DNA of 64,000 nucleotides from Callorhinchus milii (Eukaryota), in the NCBI RefSeq assembly GCF_018977255.1, contig NW_024704743.1, forward strand, positions 2,544,001-2,608,000, written 5' to 3'. The position numbers and the translations under genes were made by a program. The notes under the pieces were generated by a model. The model was not told where the DNA came from. It made no database searches and saw only the letters and a program-made list of their open reading frames with translations. This document shows, piece after piece, positions 52,910 through 64,000 of this stretch (position 1 is its first letter; the number at the start of each line of letters is the position of its first letter).

Positions 52910-54730
52910 CCATTAGAAACGGGAGTAGTGCCAGAGGAACAGAGACAGATCAAGCCCAGGGAACTACAGACCTGTCGGCTTAACATCGAAGGTAGGAAAG
53001 GTAATGGAATCCTTACTGAATGAGGTAATAGAAAAACATCTAGAAACGGAAAACATAATAAAGAATAGTCAGCACGGGTTTCAAACAGGAAGGTCAGACT
53101 TGAATTCTTTGAAGGGGAAACAGAGAGTAGACGAGGGGAATGTGGTAAATGTAATATATTTAGATTTCCAAAAGGCGTTTGATAAGGTACCGCATAATAG
53201 ATTAATTAATAAGGTGTGGAGTCGGGGGAAATAGAATGGATAGCAAGTTGGGTACAAAACAGCAAACAGAGTAGGGGTAAAGGGCAGCTTCTCAGACTGG
53301 CGCGGGGGGGGGGGGGGGGGGCAGTGGTGTTCCACAAGGATCGTTATTGGGACCCACTGTTGTTCACAATATACATTAATGATTTGGACTCGGGAATCAG
53401 CGGGACAATTTCAAAATTTGTGGATGACACCAAATTGGGGGGAGTAGTTATTACAGAGGAGGACGGCAACACATTACAGCAAGACATTAATAAACTTGCT
53501 GAGTGGGCATTCAAATGGCAAATGTATTCCAATGTAGAAAAGTGTGAGGTGGTACATTTTGGTAGAAGGAATAAGGAGGTCACATACATCCTGGAAAATA
53601 AAACCTAAATGGGGTAAAGGGATATCAGGGTACACATACACAATTCACTAACAGTAACAACGCAGGTTAATAAGGCCATAAAAAATGGCAAACCAGGCAT
53701 TGGGGTTCATTTCTAGAGGGATAGAAATGAAAAGCAGGAAGTTATGGTAAACTGTTATACAGCCTTGGTTAGACCACACTTACACTGCAGTTCTGGTCCC
53801 CACATTATAAAAGGGATGTAGATACACCGGAGAAAGTGCAAAAGAGATTCACAAGGATGGCCCCAGAACTGAGAGGTTATACCTATCAGGAAAGGCTGAA
53901 CATACTTGGACTCTTCTCTTGAAAAGAGGAGGGTAAGGGGGTGACCTGATAAAGGTCTTTAAAATGTTGAAAGGTTTAGATAGGTTCGACATAGGGAAGA
54001 TGTTTCCACTTGTGGGGGAGACCAAAACCAGGGGCCATCAATATAAAATAGTCACAAATAGATCAAATAGGGAAGTTAGAAGACATTTCTTCACACAGAG
54101 AGTAGTGGGAATGTGAAACAGGCTCTCGCTCTCTCTATTCACACACTCCCTCCCTCCATCTCTCTATATCTGGGAATATGGAACATCCTCCCACAAGGGA
54201 GTTGTGGAGGCAAATAACACAGATGTATTTAATAATAATAATCCTTGCATTTGATATAGCGCTTTTCACGTCGGGAGGACGTCCCAAAGCGCTTCACAGA
54301 ACACACTGTAAAGTGAATTGACTGTATATTTGTGGGCGAACGCGGCAGCCAATTGCGCACAGCAATGTCCCACAAACAGTCATAGATTGAAAATGACCAA
54401 TTTATTATTATTTTTGGTTTTGGAGGGATTATTATTAGGCTCTGTGTGGAGTAAGGAAACTTGCCCGAGGTTTCGCCCTCTGCCGGGAATTGAACTCAGG
54501 TCTCTCACTTGCAAAGCGAGTGCTCTAACCACTGAGCTACAGGACTCCACTATTTAAGGGGAAGCTGGAGAGATAATTGAGGGAGAAAGGAATAGGCTTT
54601 GCTTGAAGGCTTAGTTGAGGAAGGGCAGGAGGGGCTCATGTGGAGCATAAACAGCAGCACAGACCAGTTGGGCCGAATGGACGGTTTCTGTGCTGTATAT
54701 TCTAATGGATTCTAATGTATTCCTCTAATT
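52910..54730 (+). mobile_element. 5'-truncated CR1 LINE (reverse transcriptase remnant with frameshifts, plus 3' UTR)
   Basis: SQHGFQTGRS, VIYLDFQKAFDKVPHNRL, PLLFTIYINDLD and KFVDDTKLGG motifs; tail gggccgaatgg...gtgctgtatattcta. Confidence 0.92.
54233..54550 (-). mobile_element. Full-length tRNA-derived SINE inserted in the CR1 element
   Basis: Complete head, body and tail, flanked by TATTTAA at 54226-54232 and 54551-54557. Confidence 0.92.
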
Positions 54731-54796
54731 CCGTTCCATTTTAAATAAAACTTAAGACCATGAGTTGTGCTTTTTTTTTGCTTTATGATACATCAG

Positions 54797-55030
54797 GAAC
54801 CCAATTGTTAGTCGATTGGCAAATCGCTTTTCTGGGGGTAATAATTCCTTCAAAATAAATATTAAAATATAAATTATTTGATCACTCAATCCACGACTGT
54901 TTGCCCAATTGGCTGCTGTGTTTCACCCACAAAATATACAGTCAATTCACTTTACAGTGCATCCTGTGAAGCACTTTGAGACGTCTCGAAGACGTGCTGT
55001 ATGAAATGTAAGGATTATTATATTATTATA
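54797..55030 (+). mobile_element. tRNA-derived SINE, long variant, 5' truncated
   Basis: gaacccaattgttagtcgattggc...atacagtcaattcactttacag...(ATT)n. Confidence 0.8.
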
Positions 55031-56276
55031 TGATATTATGATTAAATATTATTATATATTATTTTGCCTGCAGTTTCCACGGATCCTATTGAGAAAGTCC
55101 TCTGGGTGCTTTGGGAGCGCAAACTGAGCTCTGTCTGCCCTCTATTGGACTCGACTTGTACAACAATATAAATAGGAGAAGTCTCTATTCTGGATTATAT
55201 TCACAATATGATTTTAAGATTAAACTCAATATAAATGTGTAAAAATATCCCACAATAAAATCCCTTTTCACTTGACAATTATTTAGCATTTGTACCCTAT
55301 TGGCAGCTTAACCTCGAATACAATGTGCACAACAACTTAATTACACTGTGTAACGCCTTCATGTCAGCAGGACATCCCAAAGAAAATATAGGAACTACAG
55401 AATTTGGGATTAGCAATTTTACAAAGCAAGTTTGGAAGAGGCCGGTCAGCCCATTTGATCTCATCCTAAAAGATTAGAGGGGTTAAGCAGAAGAATAAGA
55501 ATATTTAATTTGGAGCAAAATAAATGAACAGCTTGTTTCTGTGCTACAATATTCTATGGTTCTAGCAGGGCTGTGATTTATATTGTATTGTAAAGTGAAT
55601 TGACTGTATATTTGTGGGTAAAAATTAATAATTAATAAGAAATAACAAATCATCCAAATCCTTCATTCAGTTTACTACCTAGTAATGCCCGGGATTTATT
55701 CAGTTAACCTTACATTTAAGCCAAAATAACTACACAACTAGGACTGGTTGATTAATGAAAGATAACAGGTGTTTGTTCCAAACTAAATGCCAACAATAAA
55801 TACAGTATACAGGATGTTCTATTAAATATAAGTTATCTTATGAAAAAACACTCTGGGGATTTCTGTTAATCGCTGTACAAACAATTGTTATTGAAACACA
55901 TTTATTAAACAGCCAGAAAGTTTGGCAAAAAAAATTAATTAGTGCAGCAACATATCGACATCGTGAAAAGTAATTAGAGGGAAATAAATCCCCTGAGTAA
56001 GACAGAGATAGCAAGCTAAGCTGTGGAACTTCCTGCCTCTCTCCCTCCACCTCCCTGTTTCAATCTTGCTCTTAAATCCCACCATAAATCTTCTCTCATC
56101 AACTGTGCCTTTGGTCAACCCCCCCAACCCCCTCTCCCTTACTCAGCATCCAATAGCATCACTGTACAGCGCTCTGAGACACTGCTCAAACACAGTGTAC
56201 GTCACACTGCCATGATCAGCTCAGTGCTTATCCAACAGTGAGATACCTTTAAGCAAGACTTTCATCTGTACGTTAG

Positions 56277-56690
56277 CTTGGCTTAGATGGTAGCACTCTC
56301 ACATTCTGGCTTCTGAGGCAGAAGGTTGTGGGTTCGAACCCCGCGTCAAACGTCCACACTGACACTGTGATACAGAGCTGGGAGCACACTGTATTGTTGG
56401 AGGTCCAATCAAATGTTAAACCAAGATAAACCCCCTCCACTCCTCCATCAGTGGCTGTGCCTTCAGCCACTAAACCCCAAACCTCTGAAACTTCCTGCCT
56501 TAGTCCTTGCTCTCTCTTTGCCCATCTTCGGATCGTACCCGAAGACTTTCCTTTTCGACCGTGCTTCGTGTTAGTCCCCTCTCCCGGCTCAGCGTCAAAC
56601 TAAACCATCGTTCAGTTGCTTGTTTGGGTGGAGATAAAGATCCCAAGGAACTATGTGAAGAGAAGGGAGTTTCTCCTGGTGTCTGGGAGC
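56277..56690 (+). mobile_element. Deu-domain SINE interrupted by an L2 3' fragment (about 56430-56590)
   Basis: Head ttggcttagatggtagcactc...agaaggttgtgggttcgaacccc; core resumes as taaagatcccaaggaactatgtgaagagaagggagtttctcctggtgtc. Confidence 0.55.
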
Positions 56691-57829
56691 AGGGTTTGAG
56701 GCCTGGTTGGTGCAGCTCAGTATCTGCAGATAATGCACCTAACTTTGAGACATCTGGAAGACGTGATAAGGCGCTATATCAAATACAAGGATTATTATTG
56801 TATCCACAGTGTTTCTGAAGGCGATCCAGGAAACGTGCTCTTCTGGTAAATCTACTGGTGATAATAGTGGAATTATTGGCAATTAGTAGCTATATTAATG
56901 ACAACCTGTCATATTTTATTACCCAAGTTATTATTTTCCAATTAATTAAGTCAATATTGAACTAATTTGCCGGTGCTTTTGAGTGCCCAGTACATTTCAA
57001 TTAACGAAAGAACTTGCTATTTATAGTGCCTTGTAACTTGCAATGTCTCCAAAGTGCTTTTCAACAATACAATACAAATTTAACATTAATATGTCGCCTT
57101 TCGTGTCGAGAGGACATTTTCAGTACCTTTTGTGAGTTTTTTTTTAATTAGACAAACGCAGCTGGGTTTTGTGCACAAGCAGCGAAAACCAATTTAATCC
57201 GGAAGATTTTTTTAGCCAGAATCTTGAAAAAAACTTTCTTAGCTTGCCATTGAGAGAGCTGTCTGGTACGTTTCCTGCTGCTTGTCCAGCTGGGACCACC
57301 TGCCCAATAGGGCTTTGCTTACAGGGAGCTGAGGGGGAAGGCTCCTTGCCCACTGTGATCTGCCCCTCCATGTCCTGCCACTCAGCCAGAGCCAGGCTGG
57401 CTTTTCTGTTAATCACTGGTTATTTTAAGACCAATTTGAAGCCGAGACCCTCAACATATTAACAATGTAAATCGTTTCCTCGACAATTGTTCTGTGAGCA
57501 GGGTCGATACTGCCCTGGCTGGCAGGAGCATGACACAGAATTTATTGGGCGAGAAATAATTATTGACGTGTCCGACACAAATTTAACTCAGCAGCAAGTT
57601 TTCTGATTTGTCAATGCCAGGAAACACCGGATGAGAACTATCTCAGTCTCTAATGACCAACGTGTCATCAGCAGTAGCCGCGATGGTCACAGCTGAGATT
57701 AATTCTATGCCCCAATTTCTCCCAAACACCTTCAAGGATTAATCTACAATCAGGTTATCTGTGTCACGTTGCTTACCTTAATTTGAGGAGATGCATCCGT
57801 TCCACAAACCTAACCAGGAATAAAAGGAT

Positions 57830-58155
57830 ATAGTCCTGTAACTCAGTGGTTAGAGCACTCGCCTTGCAAGCGAGACACTTGGGTTCAATCCCCGGCAGGT
57901 CAGGGCGAAACCTCGGGCAAGTTTCCTTACTCCACACAGAGCCTAATAATAATCCCTCCAAAACAAAACAATAATAAATTGGTCATTTTCAATCCACGGC
58001 TGTTTGTGGGACGCTGCTGTGCGCAATTGGCTGCCGCGTTTCACCGACAAATATACAGTCAATTCACTTTACAGTGTGTTCTGTGAAGTGCTTTGAGACA
58101 TCTCGAAGACGTGAAAAGCGTTATATCAAATGCAAGGATTATTATTATTATTATT
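57830..58155 (+). mobile_element. Full-length tRNA-derived SINE
   Basis: agtcctgtaactcagtggttagagcactcgccttgcaagcgag...gggttcaatcccc, body, (ATT)n tail. Confidence 0.92.
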
Positions 58156-58217
58156 TATTAGAGAACATGATTAGGCTCCTTCACACAGTACAGTGTAAAG
58201 GAACCTAAATATATTCT

Positions 58218-58490
58218 ATAATAATAACAATCTTTGCATTTGATACAGTGCCTTATCACATCATTGAGACTTTTCAAAGCATTTCACAGAATATACTGTT
58301 AAGTGAATTGACTGTGTACTTTGTGGGCGAAACAGGGAAGCCAATTGGGCACAGCAATGTATCACAAACAGTCGTGGATTGAGTGACCTTTGTTTTAGGG
58401 TTTATTACTCGCTTAAAGCAACCAGGTTCCTGCTCACTTGCTAAGTAAACAGAGAAGTGTGGAGTAAGGAAACTTGCCCTGCCCGAGAAT
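58218..58490 (-). mobile_element. tRNA-derived SINE, diverged; a further copy at 58870-59095 (-)
   Basis: Reverse-strand tail and body. Confidence 0.8.
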
Positions 58491-59694
58491 CTATTCTAAG
58501 TGTTCCCGAGGTGGTGAGCTTCAGCCATACAGCGCATCACACTGACTGGGGCCATGGAACAAATGTACTATATTCAAGTATTCTACACTAACAATTGGAC
58601 TATCATTTGTTAAATACATCTGAGAAATTAGACTCCTAATTTATCATTAAGTATTTGTACTGTGTGCATGGTTGCAGACAGACTTTATTTGGCTTTGTCC
58701 TGCAATTATTTGAATTAAAAATCTTTAATTTAATTCATCAGCCTCGCAAGAGAATTAGCAGCACAGATGGAATGTGCGAGTGTCAGTCCGGCTCATCCGG
58801 TCGCATTCTCGTCTCTAAGTTCAGACGGTTGTGGGTTTAAGCCCCTCCCACTCCCCACCCAGGACTTTATATAATAATAATTCTTGCATTTGATGTAGTG
58901 CCTTATCACGTCTTCGAGACGTCTCAAAGAGCTTCACAGAATTAAAGTGGGTTGACTGTATTTTCTGGGCGAAACTCAGCAGCCCGGTGTGCACAGCAGC
59001 GTCCCACAAACAATCGACTGACAACCGGGTTCCTATTTACCGCGAGGTGAACAGATGTGTGTGGAGTCGAGGAAATTTGCCGAAGGTTTTACCCCACCTT
59101 TGACTTTGAATTTACAGCCTAAGATGACAGTCCAATGCAGTATTGGGGGAGTTGCCGTCCTTCAGGTGGGAAGTTAAACACTTTGGGATGTCCTCCCAAC
59201 GTGAAAGGCGCTTTATAAATGTAATTTTGTTGTTGTTGTTGAGGTCTGCCTGTTCAGGTGTCAATTCGAAAAGAAAAGGGAGCAAATTGTCAGCAGAATA
59301 CAAAATACACAGTCACTACGCTTTATGTTAAAATCCCATGAGATGCTTAGAGACATGATGTGAATGCCCCTATATCAAATGGAAGGATTTTTTTAAAGAT
59401 AATATTCCAAGGACATGGTAAACGTGAGTTTAATTGGTCCATGATTTTCTATTGCTCTGTAAAAAGTTATTGTGTGAAATTGCACTGACACCCAGTGGTT
59501 AAAGGTCTGTATTTTTGTTGCTTTGAGCACGTTTTCTGGTTGTGGTCAAATGATGGCAAATGTCAAATTATATCAACAGTTAAGACAGTTTACAATAAAA
59601 CCACTAAAGATTTGGCAATTTCTTACAAGAGATTCACATGATAGTCAATCAGATGATTGAGAGACAGACAGTAGATCACAGTAACCATTTAAGG

Positions 59695-59995
59695 GGTGAA
59701 TTGTTGGGCAAGTTTCCTTACTCCACACGTCTCTGTTTACCAGCAGTCAGCAGAAACCCAATTGTTAGTCGAATGGCGGATCACTTTTCCGGAGGGTAAT
59801 AATCCCTCAAAAAAAAATTGGTCACTGAATCCACGACTGTTTGTGGGGACGCTGCTGTGTGCAATTGGCTGCCGCGTTTCCCCCACAAAATATACAGTCA
59901 ATTCACTTTATAATATATTCTTTGAAGCACTTTGAGATGTCTCAACGACATGATAAGGCACTGCATCATATACAAGGATTATTATTATTATTATT
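59695..59995 (+). mobile_element. tRNA-derived SINE, long variant, head missing
   Basis: gggcaagtttccttactccacac...accagcagtcagcagaaacccaattgttagtcg...(ATT)n. Confidence 0.85.
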
Positions 59996-60741
59996 ATCTC
60001 CACCAATGTTCCAAGGCAACCCAAAGACACGCAAAGATTAATCAGGCAAATGCACAAAGTTGAATGTCACTGAACAGCAATGTGAAGCTTAAAATTTCTC
60101 ATGGTTTTAGCCCTGACGCCATTGTCTTTAAGACTTACAAAGCAGTAAATGTACAAAATAATTCTCAAATTGCGCCTGATGTATTCCTGGTGTCAGGAAT
60201 GGGAACATTTTGCTTTTTGACGCCTTCCCTTTCTAGCCTAGAGACACCGAGTCTATTGTCGCTGAGATTAGCTGCTGGGGTACAGAGTGGAGACTGCTGA
60301 ATGCAGAGTTGCACCATCAGCAAAAGAGTGAACAGTGCATCAACAAAAGGGTGGAAAAGAGAACTGGTTTAGTTCGGAGAAAGAAAGAACAAAATGAGAG
60401 AGAAAACGCAGGATAAACCCGATTTGGTACAAAAGAAAGTCGAGAGAGTTTGGTGATTTTCTGTTGGTTGTGTTGGATTGTCAATACCTGTCAGAGGAGG
60501 CCTTGGGGATGTCTGAGACAACTGTGTCTCATCATGATTCATAACAGGAGTCGCACATAACTTCCGTCAGTGAGCAAAGTGCCCCAGGGACTCGCTTCCA
60601 GTTACTGGAGTTCTCATTCTTCCCAATCGTTTCAAAGAGAATACTTTTTTAGTGACAAAGTGAACCCAAACGCATTTCAAAGAAGCAAATGAGCAGTGGG
60701 GTGAGCAGAGGCTTGAGCCATGGAAAAGCATGTTTAGTGTT

Positions 60742-61125
60742 AACAACAACAACAAGATTCCATTTATAAAGCGCCTTTCACGTCAGGAGGACGTCCCAAG
60801 GCGCTGCACAGTTGGGTCAGAACCCGAGCAGGGGGAAATGGTCAGGGTGAGGGGAGGGAAGGGAGGGAGCGAGGAGGGGGGAAATGGTCAGGGTGAGGGG
60901 AGGGAAGGGAGGGAGCGAGGAGGGGGGAAATGGTCAGGGTGAGGGGAGGGAGGGAGCGAGGAGGGGGGAAATGGTCAGGGTGAGGGGAGGGAAGGGAGGG
61001 AGCGAGGAGGTGGAAGAGAGTCGAGAGGGGAGCTGAAGGCTCGGTCAAAGAGAAAGGTTTTGAGACCGGCCTTGAAGGAGGAAAGGGAGGAAGCGGCGAA
61101 GGCACTGGGGATGGAGTTCCAGAGC
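60742..61125 (-). mobile_element. L2-type LINE 3' end containing an internal 46-bp tandem repeat
   Basis: (AAC)n tail, gcgcctttcacgtcaggaggacgtcccaaggcgc, then gaaggctcggtcaaagagaaagg...ggagttccagag. Confidence 0.75.
60831..61010. repeat. G/purine-rich minisatellite, 4 copies (periods 46, 46, 41)
   Basis: Unit GGGGGAAATGGTCAGGGTGAGGGGAGGGAAGGGAGGGAGCGAGGAG. Confidence 0.92.
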
Positions 61126-61544
61126 CAATTAAAGAAACAATAGGAGGGAATACGAGATTCAGAGCCTTAGAGGATGGAGGAACAAAGGAGGGGATAAAAT
61201 GTCAGGCTAGTCACAGTGGTACAATACAATAGAAAATTATATTTGTGTAACGCCTTTCACATCAGGAGGACGTCCCAAGGCGCTGTAGTAGAATTACAAT
61301 TGAGGTCCTATTGGTAGTATTTTTACTCACAAAGCGAATTTAAGCTGTTTAATAATCACTTAAGAAGTGATTGATCCACACCAATAAAATACATTTTATA
61401 AAATATAAAATAAAGATTGCGGTGAGATTTTTGTTTCAACAAAGCAATAATATTTTAAACTATCACCAGAGGGCAGAGGGAAAAACAGCACTGATAATAA
61501 CGCAGTTGCATAACTTCCAGGAAATCATTCGTGAGTCACAAATA

Positions 61545-61855
61545 TTTAGAGCACTTGCCTCGCAAGTGAAAGACCTGGGTTCCATTCCCGGCAGGTTAGG
61601 GTGAAACCTTGGGCAAGTTTCCTTACTCCACACGCCTGATAATAATCCCTCAAGAAAAAAAAGCAATAATAATTTGGTCACTTCAATCCCCGGCTGTTTG
61701 TGGGGACGCTGCTGTGCGCAATTGGTTGTCGCTTTTCCCCCACAAAATGTACGGTCAATTCACTTTAACGTCTACCCTGTGAAGTGCTTTGAGACGTCTA
61801 AAAGACGTGATGAGGTGCTGTAGCAGATGCAAGGATTATTATTTATTATTATTAT
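61545..61855 (+). mobile_element. tRNA-derived SINE
   Basis: ttagagcacttgcctcgcaagtgaaagacctgggttccattcc...(ATT)n. Confidence 0.87.
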
Positions 61856-62687
61856 ATTTGAGTAATCGTTTAAATACATGTTTGTTAAATTAGATTCTTG
61901 TTCCTTTTAAATTGTAAATTTTCAGATAATGCAGCAAATTCTTCTCTGGCTTTAATGTCTCATTTAAAGGATGGAATCTCGGATTAAAATCCACACAAGT
62001 ACCTATTCCTAGATCCCAACCTGAAGCCATCAGCGCTCTGGAGAGTCAGCCTAGGTTTGAAGCTCAAAATCCTGATGTGAGGCTTGAACCTACAACCTCT
62101 GACTCAAAGGTAAGAGTATTACCATCTCCGGCTTCCACACCCACATCTGAGTCAGGGCTTATGGGTTAAGCAATGGTTCCACCAGTAGGGAGTGTGTCAG
62201 CTGCAGGTAATTCCCAGTCTCTTGGTCATTCCTTTCAGCAGCTTTCATCCCAAGCCTCAGTCTCATCATCACCAATGTTTCGCCCACAAAATACACAGTC
62301 AATTCACTTTACAGTGTATCTTATGAAACGCTTTGAGACGTCTCGAAGACGTGATGAGGCACTGTATCAAACGCCAGGATTATTATTGTGATATGAAGGA
62401 TGTTGAGGGAACCTGTACAGGGCAATCACAATGTCAGTCACCTTGATGTTCTGGACTGCTGCAAATAAACATGTCCTCCATTAAGCCAATTCTGCCTCAA
62501 TTTGAGCTGCTAAATTAATGCTGTATTTATCCTGAATGAGGTATCTGGTGTTGTCTCAGTAAGGTTACCATGGTGTCGTAATTGCAGTAAATTACTTCCC
62601 AAAGCGAAAGGTCTTAATAATACTAATAATCCTTGCATTTGATATAGCGCTTTTCACATCTTCTCGACGTCCCAAAGCGCTTCACGG

Positions 62688-63288
62688 AATAATAATAATC
62701 CTTGCATTTGATATAGCGCTTTTCACGTCGGGAGGACGTCCCAAAGCGCTTCACAGAACACACTGTAAAGTGAATTGACTGTATATTTGTGGGCGAACGC
62801 GGCAGCCAATTGCGCACAGCAATGTCCCACAAGCAGTCGTAGATTGAAAATGGCCAAATTATTATTGTTTTTGGTTTTGGAGGGATTATTATTAAGCGTG
62901 TGGAATCCTGTATCTCAGTGGTTAGAGCACTCGCTTTGCAAGCGAGAGACCTGGGTTCAATCCCAGGCAGAGGGCGAAACCTTGGGCAAGTTTCCTTACT
63001 CCACACACCAATAATCCTCCAAAACCCAAAACAATAATAAATTGGTCATTTTCAATCTACGACTGTTTGTGGGACATTGCTGTGCGCAATTGGCTGCCGC
63101 GTTCGCCCACAAATATACAGTCAATTCACGTTAGTGTGTTCTGTGAAGCACTTTGGGACATCCTCCCGATGTGAAAAGCGCTATATCAAATGCAAGGATT
63201 ATTATTATTATTAAGGAAACTTGCCCAAGGTTTCGCCCTCCCTGGAATTGAACTCAGGTCTCTCACTTGCAAAGAGAGTGCTCTAACC
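62688..63288 (-). mobile_element. tRNA-derived SINE split by insertion of a same-family copy in opposite orientation
   Basis: Tail and body at 62688-62904, head resumes at taaggaaacttgccc 63212-63288. Confidence 0.88.
62900..63213 (+). mobile_element. Full-length tRNA-derived SINE (nested insert)
   Basis: gtggaatcctgtatctcagtggttagagcactcgctttgcaagcgag...(ATT)n. Confidence 0.9.
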
Positions 63289-63294
63289 TTCAGC

Positions 63295-63662
63295 AGAGAC
63301 CTGAAACTGAGAAGGGAGGGAGCGAGACGAAGAGAGTGAGGAAGGCAGTTCCAGAGCCTCGGGGCGTAGTGGCTGAAGGCACGGCCGCTGAGGGTGGAGC
63401 GGAGGACTCGGGGGACGAGAAGGATGCCAGACCCGGAGGAACGAAGGCAACGGGGGCTGGTTTGAGGAGAGAGGAGGTCAGAGAGGTTGGGGGGTACAGA
63501 GGAGTGGAGGGATTTGAATACGAGGGTGAGGGTAGGCAGCTAGTGCAGTCTGGCAAGGACTGGGGTGATCGGGGAGCGGAGTCTCGTGCGGGAGAGAATG
63601 TGGGCGGCAGAGTTCTGAATGAGTTGGATTTTATGGATGGCAGTGGATGGGAGACCGGCGAC
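63295..63662 (-). mobile_element. L2-type LINE ORF2 C-terminal fragment
   Basis: Reverse strand reads VAGLPSTAIHKIQLIQNSAAHILSRTRLRSPITPVLARLH. Confidence 0.85.
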
Positions 63663-64000
63663 GAGGTCTCACCTATTGTTTGATCCCTAATTCATCCTTA
63701 AAGCTCAATGCAATCAATCAATGTTTCCAGACCCTATCCCAGGACTAGCTTCCTCTTCCCCAGTGCCAGCCCATCACATTCTCTAGTGCCAGCCACACTA
63801 CCTTCCCCACTACCTCGATCTCTCCCATGGTAGCAGGATTTCTTCCAGTCTTGCTCAGTCCCGACCCCCTCAGTGTTTGAATGTGCATGAGCTAACTGAT
63901 CGGTGAGTTACAGTTTGAGTGTGCTGCGGAGGAAGCAAGATGTACCAGGATTCATGCTGGGAGACGAGGCAGGAGACGTTGAGATAGAGTGGGATAAGCA

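Noticed and set aside
53004..53608. Reverse-transcriptase ORFs as a functional or novel RT system
   Set aside because: Frameshifted, internally deleted, 5'-truncated CR1 LINE with a typical CR1 tail.
57830..57900. tRNA-Ala(TGC)-like sequence with A and B boxes (also at 18295, 54480-54550 and 62900)
   Set aside because: It continues directly into a SINE body and tail, lacks a proper acceptor stem, and is dispersed in many diverged copies. It is a SINE head, not a tRNA gene.
51510..64000. Exons of a downstream gene (DNAJB6 is the usual neighbour)
   Set aside because: No J-domain or other recognisable exon and no CpG island found; the region is dominated by repeats.

Overview
Vertebrate genomic DNA, not microbial. 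The repeat content (tRNA-headed SINEs with LINE2-type tails, Deu-domain SINEs, CR1 and L2 LINE debris) suggests a cartilaginous fish, possibly a chimaera; this is inference. The window holds one complete multi-exon gene on the + strand: UBE3C (HECT E3 ubiquitin ligase). I read 23 coding exons between ATG 4593 and TGA 50453-50455 by hand against my recollection of the human protein. A CpG-island promoter lies at about 2340-3360 and the 3' UTR probably ends near 51500. The exons sum to 3278 nt, one base short of an open 1092-aa frame. Exon 14 (30589-30692) is 104 nt and hits TAG at 30601, so it carries a 1-nt deletion (assembly error or true null allele). Intron 10 has a GC donor. The rest is introns and downstream intergenic DNA with SINEs, L2/CR1 fragments, microsatellites, a long inverted-repeat element and possible conserved non-coding blocks. 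Almost all ORF-track entries are spurious or are partial exon read-throughs. I found no evidence of a new multi-gene system; the notable items are local structural oddities.
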